Below, piece after piece: positions 21,254 to 33,335 of a stretch of DNA of 64,000 nucleotides. The translations under genes and the position numbers were made by a program. The stretch is from contig CAJQTF010000001.1 of the NCBI GenBank assembly GCA_905618945.1, positions 3,282 to 67,281 on the forward strand. Direction: 5' to 3'. Below the pieces are notes generated by a model that saw nothing but the letters and a program-made list of their open reading frames with translations, was not told the DNA's origin and did no database searches. Each line of letters starts with the position of its first letter. The stretch's first letter is position 1. Source of the stretch: an uncultured Methylophilaceae bacterium (GTDB lineage: Bacteria; Pseudomonadota; Gammaproteobacteria; Burkholderiales; Methylophilaceae).

Positions 21254-24200
21254 TTACTTAGTTGGCTCTTTAATCTCTAGATCTTTATCAACAGATTCTT
21301 GAATAGTTGAATTCTCATTCACCATTTCTGTTTCTGTTTTCTTGCTCTCGGCAGGTGGAGTAAATGCTTCTTCTGCTTTTTCTAAATTACTCATTTCCCC
21401 TTCTTTACCATCTACTAATCCATTCTTTGCATTCAATTTTGCATCAGCAACTTGTTTTCTATTGAGATGATACGCTAATCCAGTCCCTGCAGGAATTAAT
21501 CGACCAACTATTACATTCTCTTTTAACCCTCTTAAAGAATCTCTCTTTCCTAGAATCGCAGCTTCTGTTAAAACACGAGTGGTTTCTTGGAAAGATGCCG
21601 CAGAAATAAATGAATCTGTTGAAAGTGATGCTTTTGTAATACCTTTTAAAACAGCCTCAAATTCAGCTTCTTTTTTCTTATCAGCTTTCATAAGATCATT
21701 TACTTTAAATACCTCTGCGCGCTCAAGCTCTTCTCCATTAATAAATGATGTATCACCAGCTTTGGTAATCCTTACTCGTCTAAGCATTTGTCTTACTATA
21801 ACTTCAATATGCTTATCATTTATTTTCACCCCTTGTAATCTATATACATCTTGAACTTCATCAATGATGTATCTTGCAAGAGCCTCTCTACCTTGAAGCC
21901 TTAAAATATCGGCTGGGTCGGCTGGTCCATCAACAATAACCTCGCCCTTAGTAACTACCTGGCCATCATGCGCTGTTACATGTTTATCTTTAGGAATTAA
22001 AAATTCGCTAGCATTCCCATCAGAATCAGTAATAACCAAACGTTGCTTACCCTTTGTATCCTTACCAAAAGAAACTGTACCGGTATTCTCAGCTAAAACA
22101 CCAGCATCTTTAGGAGAGCGAGCCTCAAATAGTTCTGCTACTCTTGGCAAGCCACCAGTTATATCTCTAGTTTTAGAGGATTCCTGAGGGATTCTTGCTA
22201 TTATATCGCCTTTCTTAACTACTTGATTGTCTGTAACAGTAATGATGTAGCCCAGTTGGAATGTTACGTTAACTGAGTTCTCTGTATTATTTAATTTTAC
22301 TTCTTTACCTTTACTATCTAGTAATTTAATTTGTGGCCTTAGTCCTTTTGATTGGCCAACTTTTTGCTTAGATTCAGTAACAACAAGCGTTGACAATCCA
22401 GTAACATCATCTATTTGTTTAGCTACCGAAACGCCCTCAACAACATTCTCGAATTTTGCAACGCCATCATACTCAGAAATAATTGGTCTATTATGAGGGT
22501 CCCAAGTAGCCATTACCATTCCAGCCTTTACTACTTGTGCATCATTTGCTAATAAAGTTGCGCCGTAAGGAACTTTGTGTCGCTCTCGCTCTCTTGCAGA
22601 ATCATCTTCAATTATAAATTCACCATTTCTTGAGATAACCACTTTCTCACCATTTGCATTTGTAACCAATCTCATTGCTTGAAATCTCACCTTACCTGCA
22701 GATTTATTTTCAATCTGACTTACTGATGCAGCTCTTGATACAGCTCCACCAATATGGAATGTTCTCATAGTAAGTTGGGTTCCAGGCTCACCAATTGATT
22801 GCGCCGCTATAACCCCAACTGCTTCACCTTGGTTGATTAAATTACCTCGGCCAAGATCTCGCCCATAACATTTGGCACAAATGCCGTAACGTGTCTTACA
22901 AGTAAGTGCAGTTCTTACAGTAACCTCATCTATCCCAAGGACTTCAATTTTTTCAACTTCATCTTCGCCTAAAAGAATACCTGCATTATAAAGAATCTCT
23001 TGTGTCTCTGGATTTATTATATCGAATGCAGAAACTCTACCTAGAATTCTATCGCTCAGTGGCGTAACTGTCTCACCGCCTTTAACTAATGCCTTGGTTA
23101 AAAGGCCATCCTCTGTTTCACAATCAAGCTCTGTAACTACAAGATCCTGGGTTACATCGACTAATCTTCTTGTTAAATAGCCAGAATTTGCTGTTTTAAG
23201 AGCGGTATCTGCTAAGCCTTTCCGTGCCCCATGAGTAGATATAAAGTATTGTAGAACATTTAATCCGTCACGAAAGTTTGCTGTAATTGGAGTCTCAATA
23301 ATTGAACCATCTGGTCTAGCCATTAAGCCTCGCATTCCTGCCAGCTGTCTAACTTGGGCTGCAGATCCCCTAGCACCTGAATCAGCCATCATATAGATAG
23401 CATTGAATGATTCCTGACGCATTGGGTTTCCTTTCTCGTCATTCACGGGTTTCCCATCTACATCGATTACTGGCTCATCTTGCAATTGTTTCATCATTGC
23501 ATCAGCTACTTTATCGCCGGTACGGCCCCATATATCTACTACTTTATTATATCTCTCACCTTGGGTAACAAGTCCAGAAGAATATTGGTCTTCGATTTCT
23601 TGTACCTCGGACCTTGCATCTTCCAGTAATTGTTCTTTTTCGGCTGGTATCTTCATGTCGTGAACAGAAATAGACATTCCCGCTTTTGTAGCATACTTAT
23701 AGCCCATATTTTTCAAGTTATCTGCAAGAATTACTGTATCGCGAATTCCTATTTTTCTAAATCCAACATTAATAAGATTTGATATTTCTTTTTTCTTTAG
23801 GCTTTTATTAATTAAATCAAAGGATAGCCCAGCTGGTAAAATTTCTGACAATAAAGCCCTACCTACAGTTGTTTCATATCTGTTAACTTTTAAAGTAGTA
23901 CTATTATCAAAATTCATTTCATATTCATTAATTCTAACTGTAGCCCTAGCGTGCAGATCTACATTACCATTATCATAAGCACGTCTTGCTTCGTCAACAT
24001 CGGCAAATTTCATACCTTCACCTTTTGCTGCAATTTTCTCTCTAGTTAAATAATAGAGTCCTAAAACAATATCTTGTGATGGCACAATAATAGGCTCGCC
24101 ATTTGCAGGAGATAAAATATTGTTAGATGCTAACATCAGCGTTCTCGCTTCCATTTGAGCCTCGAGAGATAATGGAACATGAACAGCCATTTGGTCGCCA

Positions 24201-25588
24201 TCAAAATCTGCATTAAAAGCTGCACAAACCAATGGGTGAAGCTGAATAGCTTTACCTTCAATTAATACTGGTTCAAAAGCCTGAATGCCAAGCCTGTGAA
24301 GGGTTGGTGCTCTATTTAAAAGAACTGGATGCTCTCTAATTACATCCTCCAAAATATCCCATACCTCTGGACCTTCTTCTTCAACTTTTTTCTTGGCTGC
24401 TTTAATGGTTGTAGCCAAACCTAACATCTCTAATTTGTTAAAGATAAAAGGTTTAAATAGTTCGAGTGCCATTTTTTTTGGTAACCCGCATTGATGTAAT
24501 TTCAATTGTGGGCCAACAACAATAACTGAACGGCCAGAATAATCTACGCGTTTACCTAGTAAATTCTGTCTGAATCGACCACCTTTACCCTTTATCATGT
24601 CAGCTAATGATTTTAGGGGTCTCTTGTTTGCCCCTGTCATTACTTTTCCGCGCCGACCATTATCAAGTAAAGAATCTACCGACTCTTGTAACATTCTTTT
24701 TTCGTTCTTTACAATGATTTCAGGTGCTCTTAAATCTAGTAAACGACGAAGTCGATTATTTCTATTAATAACTCTTCTATACAAGTCATTCAAATCAGAG
24801 GTTGCAAATCTTCCCCCATCCAGAGGGACCAAAGGTCTTAACTCGGGCGGTAATACAGGTAAAATATCCAGTATCATCCATTCTGGTTTAATTCCAGAAC
24901 TCTTAAAAGCCTCTAAAACTTTTAATCTTTTTGCAAGTTTTTTTTGTTTAGCTTCAGAACTTGTTGCCTTTAATTCCACATGTAATTCTTCAACTACCTC
25001 ATGAATCTTAATTGCTTTTAATAACTCCTTAACTCCTGCGGCCCCCATTGCGGCATTAAACTCATCGCCAAATTCTTCAACTTTAGCCATGTAATCTTCT
25101 TCAGATAATAATTGGCCACGCTTGAGCTCTGGAACCATTCCTGGATCAATAACCATATAGGCTTCAAAATAAAGAACTCTTTCTATATCTCTTAAAGGAA
25201 TATCAAGAACCATTCCCAAGCGACTTGGTAAACTTTTAAGAAACCAAATATGTGCAACAGGACTTGCAAGATCTATATGGCCCATTCGCTCGCGCCTAAC
25301 TTTAGACAAAGTAACTTCCACACCACATTTCTCACATATCACCCCGCGATGCTTCAGCCTCTTATATTTTCCACATAAGCATTCATAATCTTTCGTTGGG
25401 CCAAAAATCTTTGCGCAGAAAAGCCCATCCCTTTCAGGTTTGAAGGTTCTATAATTAATAGTCTCTGGTTTTTTTACTTCGCCAAAAGACCAAGACCTGA
25501 TTTTTTCTGGAGATGCTAACGCAATTTTAATTGCATCAAATTCTTCTTGCTGTGAAGTCTGTTTAAATAGATCTAGTAATGCTTTCAT
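21254..25588 (-). CDS. rpoC: RNA polymerase beta' subunit
   Basis: [12 protein letters not shown] catalytic motif, N-terminal Zn finger. Confidence 0.99.
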   Translation of the reverse strand: MKALLDLFKQTSQQEEFDAIKIALASPEKIRSWSFGEVKKPETINYRTFKPERDGLFCAKIFGPTKDYECLCGKYKRLKHRGVICEKCGVEVTLSKVRRERMGHIDLASPVAHIWFLKSLPSRLGMVLDIPLRDIERVLYFEAYMVIDPGMVPELKRGQLLSEEDYMAKVEEFGDEFNAAMGAAGVKELLKAIKIHEVVEELHVELKATSSEAKQKKLAKRLKVLEAFKSSGIKPEWMILDILPVLPPELRPLVPLDGGRFATSDLNDLYRRVINRNNRLRRLLDLRAPEIIVKNEKRMLQESVDSLLDNGRRGKVMTGANKRPLKSLADMIKGKGGRFRQNLLGKRVDYSGRSVIVVGPQLKLHQCGLPKKMALELFKPFIFNKLEMLGLATTIKAAKKKVEEEGPEVWDILEDVIREHPVLLNRAPTLHRLGIQAFEPVLIEGKAIQLHPLVCAAFNADFDGDQMAVHVPLSLEAQMEARTLMLASNNILSPANGEPIIVPSQDIVLGLYYLTREKIAAKGEGMKFADVDEARRAYDNGNVDLHARATVRINEYEMNFDNSTTLKVNRYETTVGRALLSEILPAGLSFDLINKSLKKKEISNLINVGFRKIGIRDTVILADNLKNMGYKYATKAGMSISVHDMKIPAEKEQLLEDARSEVQEIEDQYSSGLVTQGERYNKVVDIWGRTGDKVADAMMKQLQDEPVIDVDGKPVNDEKGNPMRQESFNAIYMMADSGARGSAAQVRQLAGMRGLMARPDGSIIETPITANFRDGLNVLQYFISTHGARKGLADTALKTANSGYLTRRLVDVTQDLVVTELDCETEDGLLTKALVKGGETVTPLSDRILGRVSAFDIINPETQEILYNAGILLGEDEVEKIEVLGIDEVTVRTALTCKTRYGICAKCYGRDLGRGNLINQGEAVGVIAAQSIGEPGTQLTMRTFHIGGAVSRAASVSQIENKSAGKVRFQAMRLVTNANGEKVVISRNGEFIIEDDSARERERHKVPYGATLLANDAQVVKAGMVMATWDPHNRPIISEYDGVAKFENVVEGVSVAKQIDDVTGLSTLVVTESKQKVGQSKGLRPQIKLLDSKGKEVKLNNTENSVNVTFQLGYIITVTDNQVVKKGDIIARIPQESSKTRDITGGLPRVAELFEARSPKDAGVLAENTGTVSFGKDTKGKQRLVITDSDGNASEFLIPKDKHVTAHDGQVVTKGEVIVDGPADPADILRLQGREALARYIIDEVQDVYRLQGVKINDKHIEVIVRQMLRRVRITKAGDTSFINGEELERAEVFKVNDLMKADKKKEAEFEAVLKGITKASLSTDSFISAASFQETTRVLTEAAILGKRDSLRGLKENVIVGRLIPAGTGLAYHLNRKQVADAKLNAKNGLVDGKEGEMSNLEKAEEAFTPPAESKKTETEMVNENSTIQESVDKDLEIKEPTK

Positions 25589-25599
25589 GTGTGATCTCC

Positions 25600-28500
25600 T
25601 TAGTTTCTATCTAGGTCAATATCAATTGCTAATGAACGAATTTCTTTGGTTAAAACATTGAATGATTCAGGCATGCCTGCATCTATCTTATGCTCACCTT
25701 TAACAATATTTTCATATACTTTCGTTCTACCTGTAACATCATCTGATTTAACAGTGAGCATTTCTTGAAGCGTATAAGATGCCCCGTAAGCTTCTAAAGC
25801 CCATACCTCCATCTCACCGAATCGTTGACCACCAAATTGAGCCTTACCTCCTAGTGGTTGTTGCGTCACTAGAGAATAAGGCCCTGTCGATCTAGCATGC
25901 ATTTTGTCATCAACTAAATGATGGAGTTTTAACACGTGCATATAGCCAACTGTTACATGTCTTTCAAAGGCTTCTCCAGTTCTACCATCATATAGCTTGA
26001 CTTGAGTTTTTTTCGCAGCAAAATCTAACATCTTAGTATGATCACTGTTATCTGGATAAGCTAAATCTAACATCTGCTGGATATCTGATTCTGCACCGCC
26101 ATCAAATACAGGTGTTGCAAAAGGGACGCCACCTGATAAATTTAAAGCCAGTTCTTTTACTTCATTATCTTTTAACGATTTGATTTCTTCTGACTTACCT
26201 GATGACTCATTATAAATTTTTTCAAGGTAGCTTCTAACTTCAGAGATTTTTTCTTCTTTTTGAAGCATTTCATTTATTCTATCCCCAAGCCCTTTTGCAG
26301 CCCACCCTAAATGAACCTCAAGAAGTTGTCCAATATTCATTCTTGATGGCAACCCAAGTGGATTTAAAACAATATCTAATGTTGTTCCATCAGCCATGTA
26401 AGGCATATCTTCTTCTGGAGCGATTTTAGAAATTACGCCTTTATTTCCATGTCGTCCTGCCATCTTGTCACCTGGCTGAATTCTTCTTTTTACGGCTAAA
26501 TAAACTTTAACCATTTTCTGAACACCGGGAGGCAATTCATCGCCTTGCGTTAATTTACGTTTCTTCTCTTGAAATCTACTATCAAATTCTTTTTTCGCTC
26601 TAGTTAAGTTTTCTTTTAATGTTTCTAATTGCTTTGAATCCTTATCTTCTTTTAAACGAATATCAAACCATTCATATCGACCAATTTCAGACAAGATCTC
26701 TTTAGTAATCTGGTCTCCCTTTTTCAAAGGTTTAGGTCCGCCAACTACAGATTTATTAAGAACAGCTTTTTCAACTCTTGTAAAAGTATCGTCTTCAACA
26801 ATTCTTAATTGATCAGCTAAATCTTGTTGGTAAGCTTCAAGCTGTGCACTTATAATGGTGTTCGCACGATCGTCCCTATCAATACCCTCTCGAGTAAAAA
26901 CCTGAACGTCAATAATTGTTCCAGACATACCTGACGGAACTCTCAAACTAGTATCTTTAACATCAGATGCTTTTTCACCAAAAATAGCTCTTAATAATTT
27001 CTCTTCTGGAGTTAGTTGAGTTTCTCCTTTTGGAGTTACTTTACCTACCAATACATCGCCAGACTCAACCTCTGCACCAATATAAATAATGCCTGATTCA
27101 TCTAGTCGCCCTATCATTCTTTCAGACAGGTTTGAAATATCTTGTGTAATCTCTTCTGAACCAAGCTTCGTATCTCTTGCTAATACTTGCAATTCTTCAA
27201 TATGAATTGAAGTATATCTATCCTCTGCAACAACTTTTTCTGATATTAAAATTGAATCTTCAAAGTTATAACCATTCCATGGCATAAAGCCTATCAACAT
27301 ATTCTGACCAAGAGCTAATTCGCCAATATCAGTTGATGCACCGTCAGCAATAACATCTCCACGCTGAATTTTCTCTCCTATTTTGACTAATGGCTTTTGG
27401 TTAATCGTTGTATTTTGATTTGAACGGGTATATTTAGTTAGATTATAGATATCAACACCAATTTCATTCTGTGCTGTTTCTTTTTCATTAACCTTAACAA
27501 CAACCCTTCTTGAATCAACGTAATCGACAATTCCACCTCGTTTAGCTTGAACAGTTGTTCCCGAATCTGTAGCTACAGTTCGCTCAATCCCAGTTCCAAC
27601 CAATGCTTTCTCTGCTCGCAAACATGGGACTGCTTGTCTTTGCATATTAGCTCCCATTAAAGCTCTATTTGCATCATCATGCTCTAAAAATGGAATTAAC
27701 GAAGCTGCTACTGATACAATTTGACCAGGCGCTACATCCATGTAATCAATTTTATCGTTATCGGCCATAGTAAATTCATTTTTAAATCTTGAAGACACTT
27801 GGCTCTCTTTAAATTTTCCTTTTGCGTCTAAATCTGAATTTGCTTGAGCAATTGTATAATCACTTTCTTCAATTGCTGATAAGTAATCAATATTAGCTGT
27901 TACTTTTCCGCCTTCAACTCTTCTATATGGAGTTTCAAGAAATCCGTATTCATTAGTTCTTGCATATAATGCAAGAGAATTGATTAGGCCAATATTTGGA
28001 CCTTCAGGAGTTTCAATTGGGCAAACACGGCCATAATGAGTCGAATGGACATCTCTAACTTCAAAACCAGCTCTTTCTCGGGTTAACCCTCCAGGGCCCA
28101 ATGCAGAAATTCTTCTTTTATGAGTAATCTCTGATAATGGATTTGTTTGGTCCATAAATTGCGAGAGCTGTGAAGAGCCAAAGAATTCCTTAATAGCACT
28201 TGCAATTGGCTTAGAATTTATAAGATCGGTTGGCATTAAATTATCTGCTTCCGCCTGACCTAAACGTTCTTTCACTGCTCTTTCAACTCTTACCAGCCCA
28301 GTTCTAAATTGATTTTCTACTAGCTCACCAACTGAACGAATGCGACGATTACCAAGATGATCAATATCATCAATATCTCCACGCGTATTTTTTAACTCTA
28401 CAAGAAGACCTACAACAGCTAAAATATCCTCACGCGATAGTACGGGAGAACCTTCAATTGTTTTTTTTCCTTCAGCATCATAAAAGCGTTTTAACCAATT

Positions 28501-29772
28501 AGCATATTGATCATAAGTCTTAGGAAATGCTCGTCGATTAAATTTCATCCGCCCAACATTTGATAAATCATATCGATCCGGATTAAAAAATAATCCTGCG
28601 AATAAAGATTGGACTGAATCTTCTGTTGGAGGCTCGCCAGGTCTCATCATTCTGTAAATTGCTACTTGAGCACTATATTGATCTGGCACCTCATCTGTTG
28701 ATAAAGTTTGTGATATGTAATCACCATGATCTAGATCATTTGAGTAAAGCGTGTTGAATGAATCAACGCCTGATTCAAGAATTTTTTCAAATAACTCTTC
28801 AGTTATTTCTGCATTTGTTTCAGCAATAACTTCGCCGGTTTCAGTGTCCACAATTGCTTTAGCAATTTTTTTACCGATATAATCTTCTGATACTACTGGT
28901 ATTACTAGAGAAGCTTTATTTTCAATTTCTCTAACATGTTTAGCTGTAATTCTTTTTTCTTTAGCAACAATCAGGTTGCCTTTTTTATCCTTATAATCTC
29001 TCTTTGAAATCTCCCCCCTCAACCTCTCAGGAACTAGCTCCATTGAAGCCTTTTTACTTTTTACATGAAAATTTTCAAAATCATAAAAGGTAGATAAGAT
29101 TTCTTCTGATGAAAGTCCTAAAGCCTTTAGCAGAGTTGTAACAGGCATTTTTCTTCTACGATCAATCCTAAAATACAAATAGTCTTTAGGATCAAATTCA
29201 AAATCTAACCAAGAACCTCGATAAGGAATGATTCTTGCAGAAAACAATAATTTTCCAGAACTATGAGTCTTTCCTTTGTCATGCTCAAAAAATACTCCTG
29301 GACTGCGATGTAATTGAGAAACAATTGCTCTTTCAGTTCCATTAATCACAAAAGAACCATTTTGTGTCATCAAAGGAATTTTTCCCATATAAACTTCTTC
29401 TTCTTTGGTGTCTTTAATTACCTTTTTCTCACCAGACTCCCTATCGTAAAGAGTCAGGCGTACTTTAGCTTTTAAAACCACTTCATATGTGAGGCCTCTT
29501 TGTTGGCATTCTTTTACTTCAAACTCTTCCTGTCCTAAGGTGTAACTTACAAAATCTAACCTTGCAAAACCTGCGTGACTTGAAATTGGGAAGAGTGTAT
29601 TAAAAGTTGATTGAAGACCTGAATCGGTTCGATCTTCTGGTTTAATTTCTTGTTGAAGAAATGCCTTATAAGATTGAAGTTGCAATGCTAAAAGATATGG
29701 TATTTCTAAAACAGTTTCTCTTTTTGCAAAACTTTTTCTAATACGTTTTTTTTCAGTAAAGGAATAACTCAT
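25600..29772 (-). CDS. rpoB: RNA polymerase beta subunit
   Basis: [42 protein letters not shown]. Confidence 0.99.
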   Translation of the reverse strand: MSYSFTEKKRIRKSFAKRETVLEIPYLLALQLQSYKAFLQQEIKPEDRTDSGLQSTFNTLFPISSHAGFARLDFVSYTLGQEEFEVKECQQRGLTYEVVLKAKVRLTLYDRESGEKKVIKDTKEEEVYMGKIPLMTQNGSFVINGTERAIVSQLHRSPGVFFEHDKGKTHSSGKLLFSARIIPYRGSWLDFEFDPKDYLYFRIDRRRKMPVTTLLKALGLSSEEILSTFYDFENFHVKSKKASMELVPERLRGEISKRDYKDKKGNLIVAKEKRITAKHVREIENKASLVIPVVSEDYIGKKIAKAIVDTETGEVIAETNAEITEELFEKILESGVDSFNTLYSNDLDHGDYISQTLSTDEVPDQYSAQVAIYRMMRPGEPPTEDSVQSLFAGLFFNPDRYDLSNVGRMKFNRRAFPKTYDQYANWLKRFYDAEGKKTIEGSPVLSREDILAVVGLLVELKNTRGDIDDIDHLGNRRIRSVGELVENQFRTGLVRVERAVKERLGQAEADNLMPTDLINSKPIASAIKEFFGSSQLSQFMDQTNPLSEITHKRRISALGPGGLTRERAGFEVRDVHSTHYGRVCPIETPEGPNIGLINSLALYARTNEYGFLETPYRRVEGGKVTANIDYLSAIEESDYTIAQANSDLDAKGKFKESQVSSRFKNEFTMADNDKIDYMDVAPGQIVSVAASLIPFLEHDDANRALMGANMQRQAVPCLRAEKALVGTGIERTVATDSGTTVQAKRGGIVDYVDSRRVVVKVNEKETAQNEIGVDIYNLTKYTRSNQNTTINQKPLVKIGEKIQRGDVIADGASTDIGELALGQNMLIGFMPWNGYNFEDSILISEKVVAEDRYTSIHIEELQVLARDTKLGSEEITQDISNLSERMIGRLDESGIIYIGAEVESGDVLVGKVTPKGETQLTPEEKLLRAIFGEKASDVKDTSLRVPSGMSGTIIDVQVFTREGIDRDDRANTIISAQLEAYQQDLADQLRIVEDDTFTRVEKAVLNKSVVGGPKPLKKGDQITKEILSEIGRYEWFDIRLKEDKDSKQLETLKENLTRAKKEFDSRFQEKKRKLTQGDELPPGVQKMVKVYLAVKRRIQPGDKMAGRHGNKGVISKIAPEEDMPYMADGTTLDIVLNPLGLPSRMNIGQLLEVHLGWAAKGLGDRINEMLQKEEKISEVRSYLEKIYNESSGKSEEIKSLKDNEVKELALNLSGGVPFATPVFDGGAESDIQQMLDLAYPDNSDHTKMLDFAAKKTQVKLYDGRTGEAFERHVTVGYMHVLKLHHLVDDKMHARSTGPYSLVTQQPLGGKAQFGGQRFGEMEVWALEAYGASYTLQEMLTVKSDDVTGRTKVYENIVKGEHKIDAGMPESFNVLTKEIRSLAIDIDLDRN

Positions 29773-29856
29773 TGCATCTCCAAAGTTAAGAATTTATATA
29801 ACAAAAAACTAAAATTAAATTTCTTGTTATATAAAAAATCAGTTATTAAAAATAAA

Positions 29857-29892
29857 TGAAGGTTGTCTTTATTAAATTAAAGACAACCTTCA
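29857..29892 (-). terminator. Intrinsic terminator/attenuator between rplL and rpoB
   Basis: 15-bp perfect stem tgaaggttgtcttta/taaagacaaccttca followed by TTTATTTTT on the minus strand. Confidence 0.85.
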
Positions 29893-29905
29893 AATTAAGT
29901 TTAAA

Positions 29906-30286
29906 TTATTTCAACTCGCCTGTTGCGCCAGCATCGGTTAGTTTTTTCAAAGCTTCTTCAGCAGAGGCTTTATCTAAAGTTTCTTTAACAACTTTAGGTG
30001 CAGCATCAACAATATCTTTAGCTTCTTTTAAGCCGAGGCCTGTAATTTCACGAACTGCTTTAATAGTATTTACCTTGTTGTCACCAATAGCAGTTAAATG
30101 AAGATCAAATTCAGTCTTTTCTTCAGCTGCCACAGCATCGCCACCGCCCGCAGCAGCTGCTGGAGCAGCTGCTACTGCTGCTGCAGAAACGCCGAACTTC
30201 TCTTCCATCTCTTTAATCAATTCTGATAAATCTAGAACTGACATTCCACTTATACCTTCTAATATGTCTTCTTTTGAAATAGCCAT
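29906..30286 (-). CDS. rplL: 50S ribosomal protein L7/L12
   Basis: [10 protein letters not shown] hinge, [15 protein letters not shown]. Confidence 0.99.
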   Translation of the reverse strand: MAISKEDILEGISGMSVLDLSELIKEMEEKFGVSAAAVAAAPAAAAGGGDAVAAEEKTEFDLHLTAIGDNKVNTIKAVREITGLGLKEAKDIVDAAPKVVKETLDKASAEEALKKLTDAGATGELK

Positions 30287-30331
30287 ACTTTTAATACTCC
30301 TAATAGTTTTAATTAAGTCTAATACAATAAA

Positions 30332-30853
30332 TTATGCTGGTTTTTGATCTCGAACTGCTGCAATACCTCTTACAAATTTTGTTGGTACTTCATTTAATGT
30401 ACGAACAAATTTTGAAATTGGCGCCTGCATAGTTCCCATCAATTTCGCTAATAATTCTTCTCGACTTGGTAAAGAAGCAAGAGCTTTAATTGCTCCAGCA
30501 TCCATTTTTTTATTCGGCATTGCACCTGTTTTGATAGTAAATAATTCATTTGTCTTTGCAAAGTCATTTAAAATCTTTGCGGCTGACACAGGATCTTCAG
30601 ATATTCCAAATAATAAAGGGCCTACCATATCTTCTGATAGTGACGAAAATGGGGTATTCTCAACTGCTATTTTAACCAAATTATTCTTCAGCACTTTAAG
30701 ATATACGCCTGATTTTCTTGCTTCTGCCCTTAAAATTGTCATATCTTGAACGCCAACCCCACGATACTCAGCAAGTATCATAGATTGGGCATTCTCAATC
30801 TGCTTACTAACTTCAGCTACAACTGCTTTTTTTTTATCAAGATTCAGACTCAA
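30332..30853 (-). CDS. rplJ: 50S ribosomal protein L10 (TTG start)
   Basis: [24 protein letters not shown]. Confidence 0.98.
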   Translation of the reverse strand: MSLNLDKKKAVVAEVSKQIENAQSMILAEYRGVGVQDMTILRAEARKSGVYLKVLKNNLVKIAVENTPFSSLSEDMVGPLLFGISEDPVSAAKILNDFAKTNELFTIKTGAMPNKKMDAGAIKALASLPSREELLAKLMGTMQAPISKFVRTLNEVPTKFVRGIAAVRDQKPA

Positions 30854-30878
30854 GGTCTTCTCCTTTCGTTAAATAAAA

Positions 30879-31035
30879 GTATTAGTTTCCTAATACCGAC
30901 TAAAACGACGACCTCTGTCAGGATATTATCCTTAAGGGGATTCGCCATCTGCGTAGGTTTAAATATCTAAATTAAACTTTCGTACCTACGGTCTTTGACA
31001 ACTTCATTGAAAAAACTAATCAATGAACCCAAAGC
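30879..31035 (-). promoter_or_regulatory. L10 ribosomal leader (L10(L12)4-binding RNA)
   Basis: Minus strand AAAGACCGTAGG...CCTACGCAGATGG consensus core, with flanking hairpins including GTATTAG-GAAA-CTAATAC. Confidence 0.88.
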
Positions 31036-31076
31036 TCTTTATTGTGAAAAAATATATTCCACAAAATTCATCAAAC

Positions 31077-31769
31077 CTAATTTAATAAGCTTGTTTGGTC
31101 TATTCGAACACCGACTCCCATCGAGCTCGAGACCGATAATTTTTTTATAAATACACCTTTAACATCTTTTGGCTTTGCCTTGCTAATTTCACCAAGCAAA
31201 GCTGTTAAATTTCCTTGTAATTGATCAGAACTAAATGACGCTCGTCCAATTGTACAATGAATAATTCCAGCCTTATCTGTTCTATATTGCACCTGACCTG
31301 CTTTAGCATTTTTTACAGCTTTTTCAGTATCCGGGGTTACTGTCCCAACCTTAGGGTTTGGCATTAACCCTCTTGGACCTAATACCTGTCCTAATGTACC
31401 GACGATTTTCATAGCATCAGGAGTCGCTATTACTACATCAAAATCCATTACCCCTTTTTTTACTTGTTCAGCTAAATCTTCAAATCCAACGATATCAGCC
31501 CCTGCTTTTTTTGCTGCGTCTGCCGCTTCACCCTGAGCAAATACTGCTACACGAGTTGTTTTACCTGTTCCATTTGGAAGTACTAGAGCACCCCTAACTG
31601 CTTGATCTGATTTTTTTGCATCAATACCGAGATTTATAGCTGCGTCTACAGATTCATCAAATTTAGCTTTAGCTGTTTCCTTCACTAAATTAAGGCCATC
31701 TAATACTGGATATAACTTATCCCTATCAACTTTCTCAATTAAAGATTTAAGTCTTTTACTTGTACTCAT
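31077..31769 (-). CDS. rplA: 50S ribosomal protein L1
   Basis: [23 protein letters not shown]. Confidence 0.99.
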   Translation of the reverse strand: MSTSKRLKSLIEKVDRDKLYPVLDGLNLVKETAKAKFDESVDAAINLGIDAKKSDQAVRGALVLPNGTGKTTRVAVFAQGEAADAAKKAGADIVGFEDLAEQVKKGVMDFDVVIATPDAMKIVGTLGQVLGPRGLMPNPKVGTVTPDTEKAVKNAKAGQVQYRTDKAGIIHCTIGRASFSSDQLQGNLTALLGEISKAKPKDVKGVFIKKLSVSSSMGVGVRIDQTSLLN

Positions 31770-32200
31770 TTCACACCCTCCACGTCAATACCCATACTTC
31801 TTGCACTACCTGCAATAGTTCTCACTGCAGCATCCATATCAGCTGCTGTTAAGTCGGGCATTTTAGTTGTAGCAATTTCTTCAGCTTGAGCTCGTGTAAT
31901 TTTCCCTACTTTATTTGTATGCGGAACTGGAGATCCCTTAGTTAGCTTTGCTGCTTTTTTAAGTAAAATTGAAGCAGGGGGTGTTTTCATAATAAAAGTA
32001 AAACTTTTATCTGAAAATGCTGTAATTACCACAGGAATCGGTAAACCTGGTTCAACTTTCTGTGTAGCTGCATTAAAAGCCTTACAAAAATCCATAATAT
32101 TCAATCCACGTTGGCCCAAAGCTGGTCCAACCGGTGGACTTGGATTTGCTTTCCCAGCTGGAATCTGAAGCTTTATATAACCCTCAATTTTTTTTGCCAT
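31766..32200 (-). CDS. rplK: 50S ribosomal protein L11
   Basis: [22 protein letters not shown]. Confidence 0.99.
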   Translation of the reverse strand: MAKKIEGYIKLQIPAGKANPSPPVGPALGQRGLNIMDFCKAFNAATQKVEPGLPIPVVITAFSDKSFTFIMKTPPASILLKKAAKLTKGSPVPHTNKVGKITRAQAEEIATTKMPDLTAADMDAAVRTIAGSARSMGIDVEGVK

Positions 32201-32218
32201 CTTTTTACTCTCCTAAAT

Positions 32219-32257
32219 TTTGGTTCAAACGCTTTTAAAAAATTAAAAGCTCCCAAA
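32219..32257 (-). promoter_or_regulatory. L1-binding autoregulatory leader upstream of rplK
   Basis: UUUGGGAGC-stem-GCGUUUGAACCAAA resembles the E. coli rplK leader (GGGGAGC...GCGUUAUUACCC). Confidence 0.8.
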
Positions 32258-32263
32258 TAATTT

Positions 32264-32878
32264 TTAAACTTCTTTTTCTATCTGTCCAAATTCAAGTTCT
32301 ACAGGTGTAGCTCGTCCAAATATTACAACCGATACACGAAGTTTGCTTTTTTCATAATCAATCGTGTCTACCGTGCCAGAAAAATCTTTAAAAGGGCCGT
32401 CAACAACTCTTATTGACTCACCTACCTCAAAAGTTAATTTTTGAGTTGGGTTTACTTTACTATCGTCCATTTTTTGTAAAATAATCTCGACTTCTTTGTT
32501 TGTTATAGGTGCTGGCTTTGTACCACTTCCCCCAATGAATGCTGTCACTTTAGGGTTGCTTTTTACTAAATGCCAACTATCGTCATTCATTTCCATTTGC
32601 ACCAATACATATCCAGGGTAAAGTCTTCTCTCAGTTACTTTCTTTTGTCCTGATTTCATTTCAACTACTTCTTCGACTGGAACTAATATTTCACCAAATT
32701 GATCACTGATTTTAGACTGAGCAATACGCTCTAATAGTCCTTTTTGTACAATTTTTTCATATCCTGAAAACGCTTGCACTGCATACCAACGTTTTGACAT
32801 TAAAGCATTAACTGTTTTATCAGTTTGGTCAGTTTGGTCAGTTTGGTCAGTTTGGTCAGTTTGGTTCAATATATCCAT
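32264..32878 (-). CDS. nusG: Transcription factor NusG with (QTD)5 N-terminal extension
   Basis: WYAVQAFSGYE, YPGYVLV, KOW domain, IFGRATPVEL; TAATG overlap with secE and GAGGT SD support start 32878. Confidence 0.97.
   Translation of the reverse strand: MDILNQTDQTDQTDQTDQTDKTVNALMSKRWYAVQAFSGYEKIVQKGLLERIAQSKISDQFGEILVPVEEVVEMKSGQKKVTERRLYPGYVLVQMEMNDDSWHLVKSNPKVTAFIGGSGTKPAPITNKEVEIILQKMDDSKVNPTQKLTFEVGESIRVVDGPFKDFSGTVDTIDYEKSKLRVSVVIFGRATPVELEFGQIEKEV
32820..32864. repeat. 5 exact 9-bp tandem copies in nusG 5' end (QTD)
   Basis: tcagtttgg x5. Confidence 0.97.
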
Positions 32879-33231
32879 TACTTACCTCGCCCTAATAACA
32901 AATTTATAATATATGAAAAACCAATATCGATAAAAGCAAGAAAAATAGCCATGATTACAACTAAAATAAAAACTATCATAGTCATTTGTATTGTTTCTTT
33001 TCTTGTCGGCCAAACAACTTTTTTTGCTTCTGTAATGGCTTCACCTAAAAATCTAATAGCTTGCTGGCCTTGAGATGTTGTCCAAAATACAGCAATGAAT
33101 GCCCCTATACCTGCTAATACAGATAAAATTCTTAGCACCATAGGTTGCCCAGAAAGCATATAAAATCCTAGCAATCCAGCCCCTAAAAATAAAAATGATA
33201 ATCCTAATCTAATATTAATACTCACTCCCAC
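32878..33231 (-). CDS. secE: Preprotein translocase SecE (3 TM)
   Basis: EAKKVVWPTRKET motif; start corrected to a GTG downstream of tRNA-Trp (33231 or 33225). Confidence 0.93.
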   Translation of the reverse strand: MGVSINIRLGLSFLFLGAGLLGFYMLSGQPMVLRILSVLAGIGAFIAVFWTTSQGQQAIRFLGEAITEAKKVVWPTRKETIQMTMIVFILVVIMAIFLAFIDIGFSYIINLLLGRGK

Positions 33232-33246
33232 TTCGCTTCCTTTTGT

Positions 33247-33322
33247 TGGCAGGCCAGGAGGGCTTCGAACCCCCAACCCTCGGTTTTGGAGACCGATACT
33301 CTACCAATTGAGCTACTGGCCT
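33247..33322 (-). tRNA. tRNA-Trp (CCA)
   Basis: AGGCCAGTAGCTCAATTGGTAGAG...CTCCAAA...GTTCGAAG...CTGGCCTGCCA, 76 nt. Confidence 0.97.
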
Positions 33323-33335
33323 AGGTTTAACCCTA

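Noticed and set aside
27960-28200. Possible resistance alleles in the RpoB rifampicin region (and in RpsL)
   Set aside because: Key residues (SQFMDQ, H, R, S; RpsL PKKPNS and RVKDLP) match the sensitive consensus, and DVHSTH lies at a naturally variable position.
32820-32864. Short direct repeats (also at 7062, 10022, 11758, 15103 and 61960) as a possible CRISPR array or iterons
   Set aside because: They have no spacers, the units are head-to-tail multiples of 3 inside CDSs, and no cas or rep genes are present.
33232-33276. N-terminal extension of SecE in the ORF track
   Set aside because: The ORF-track start lies inside tRNA-Trp; the true start is a downstream GTG.
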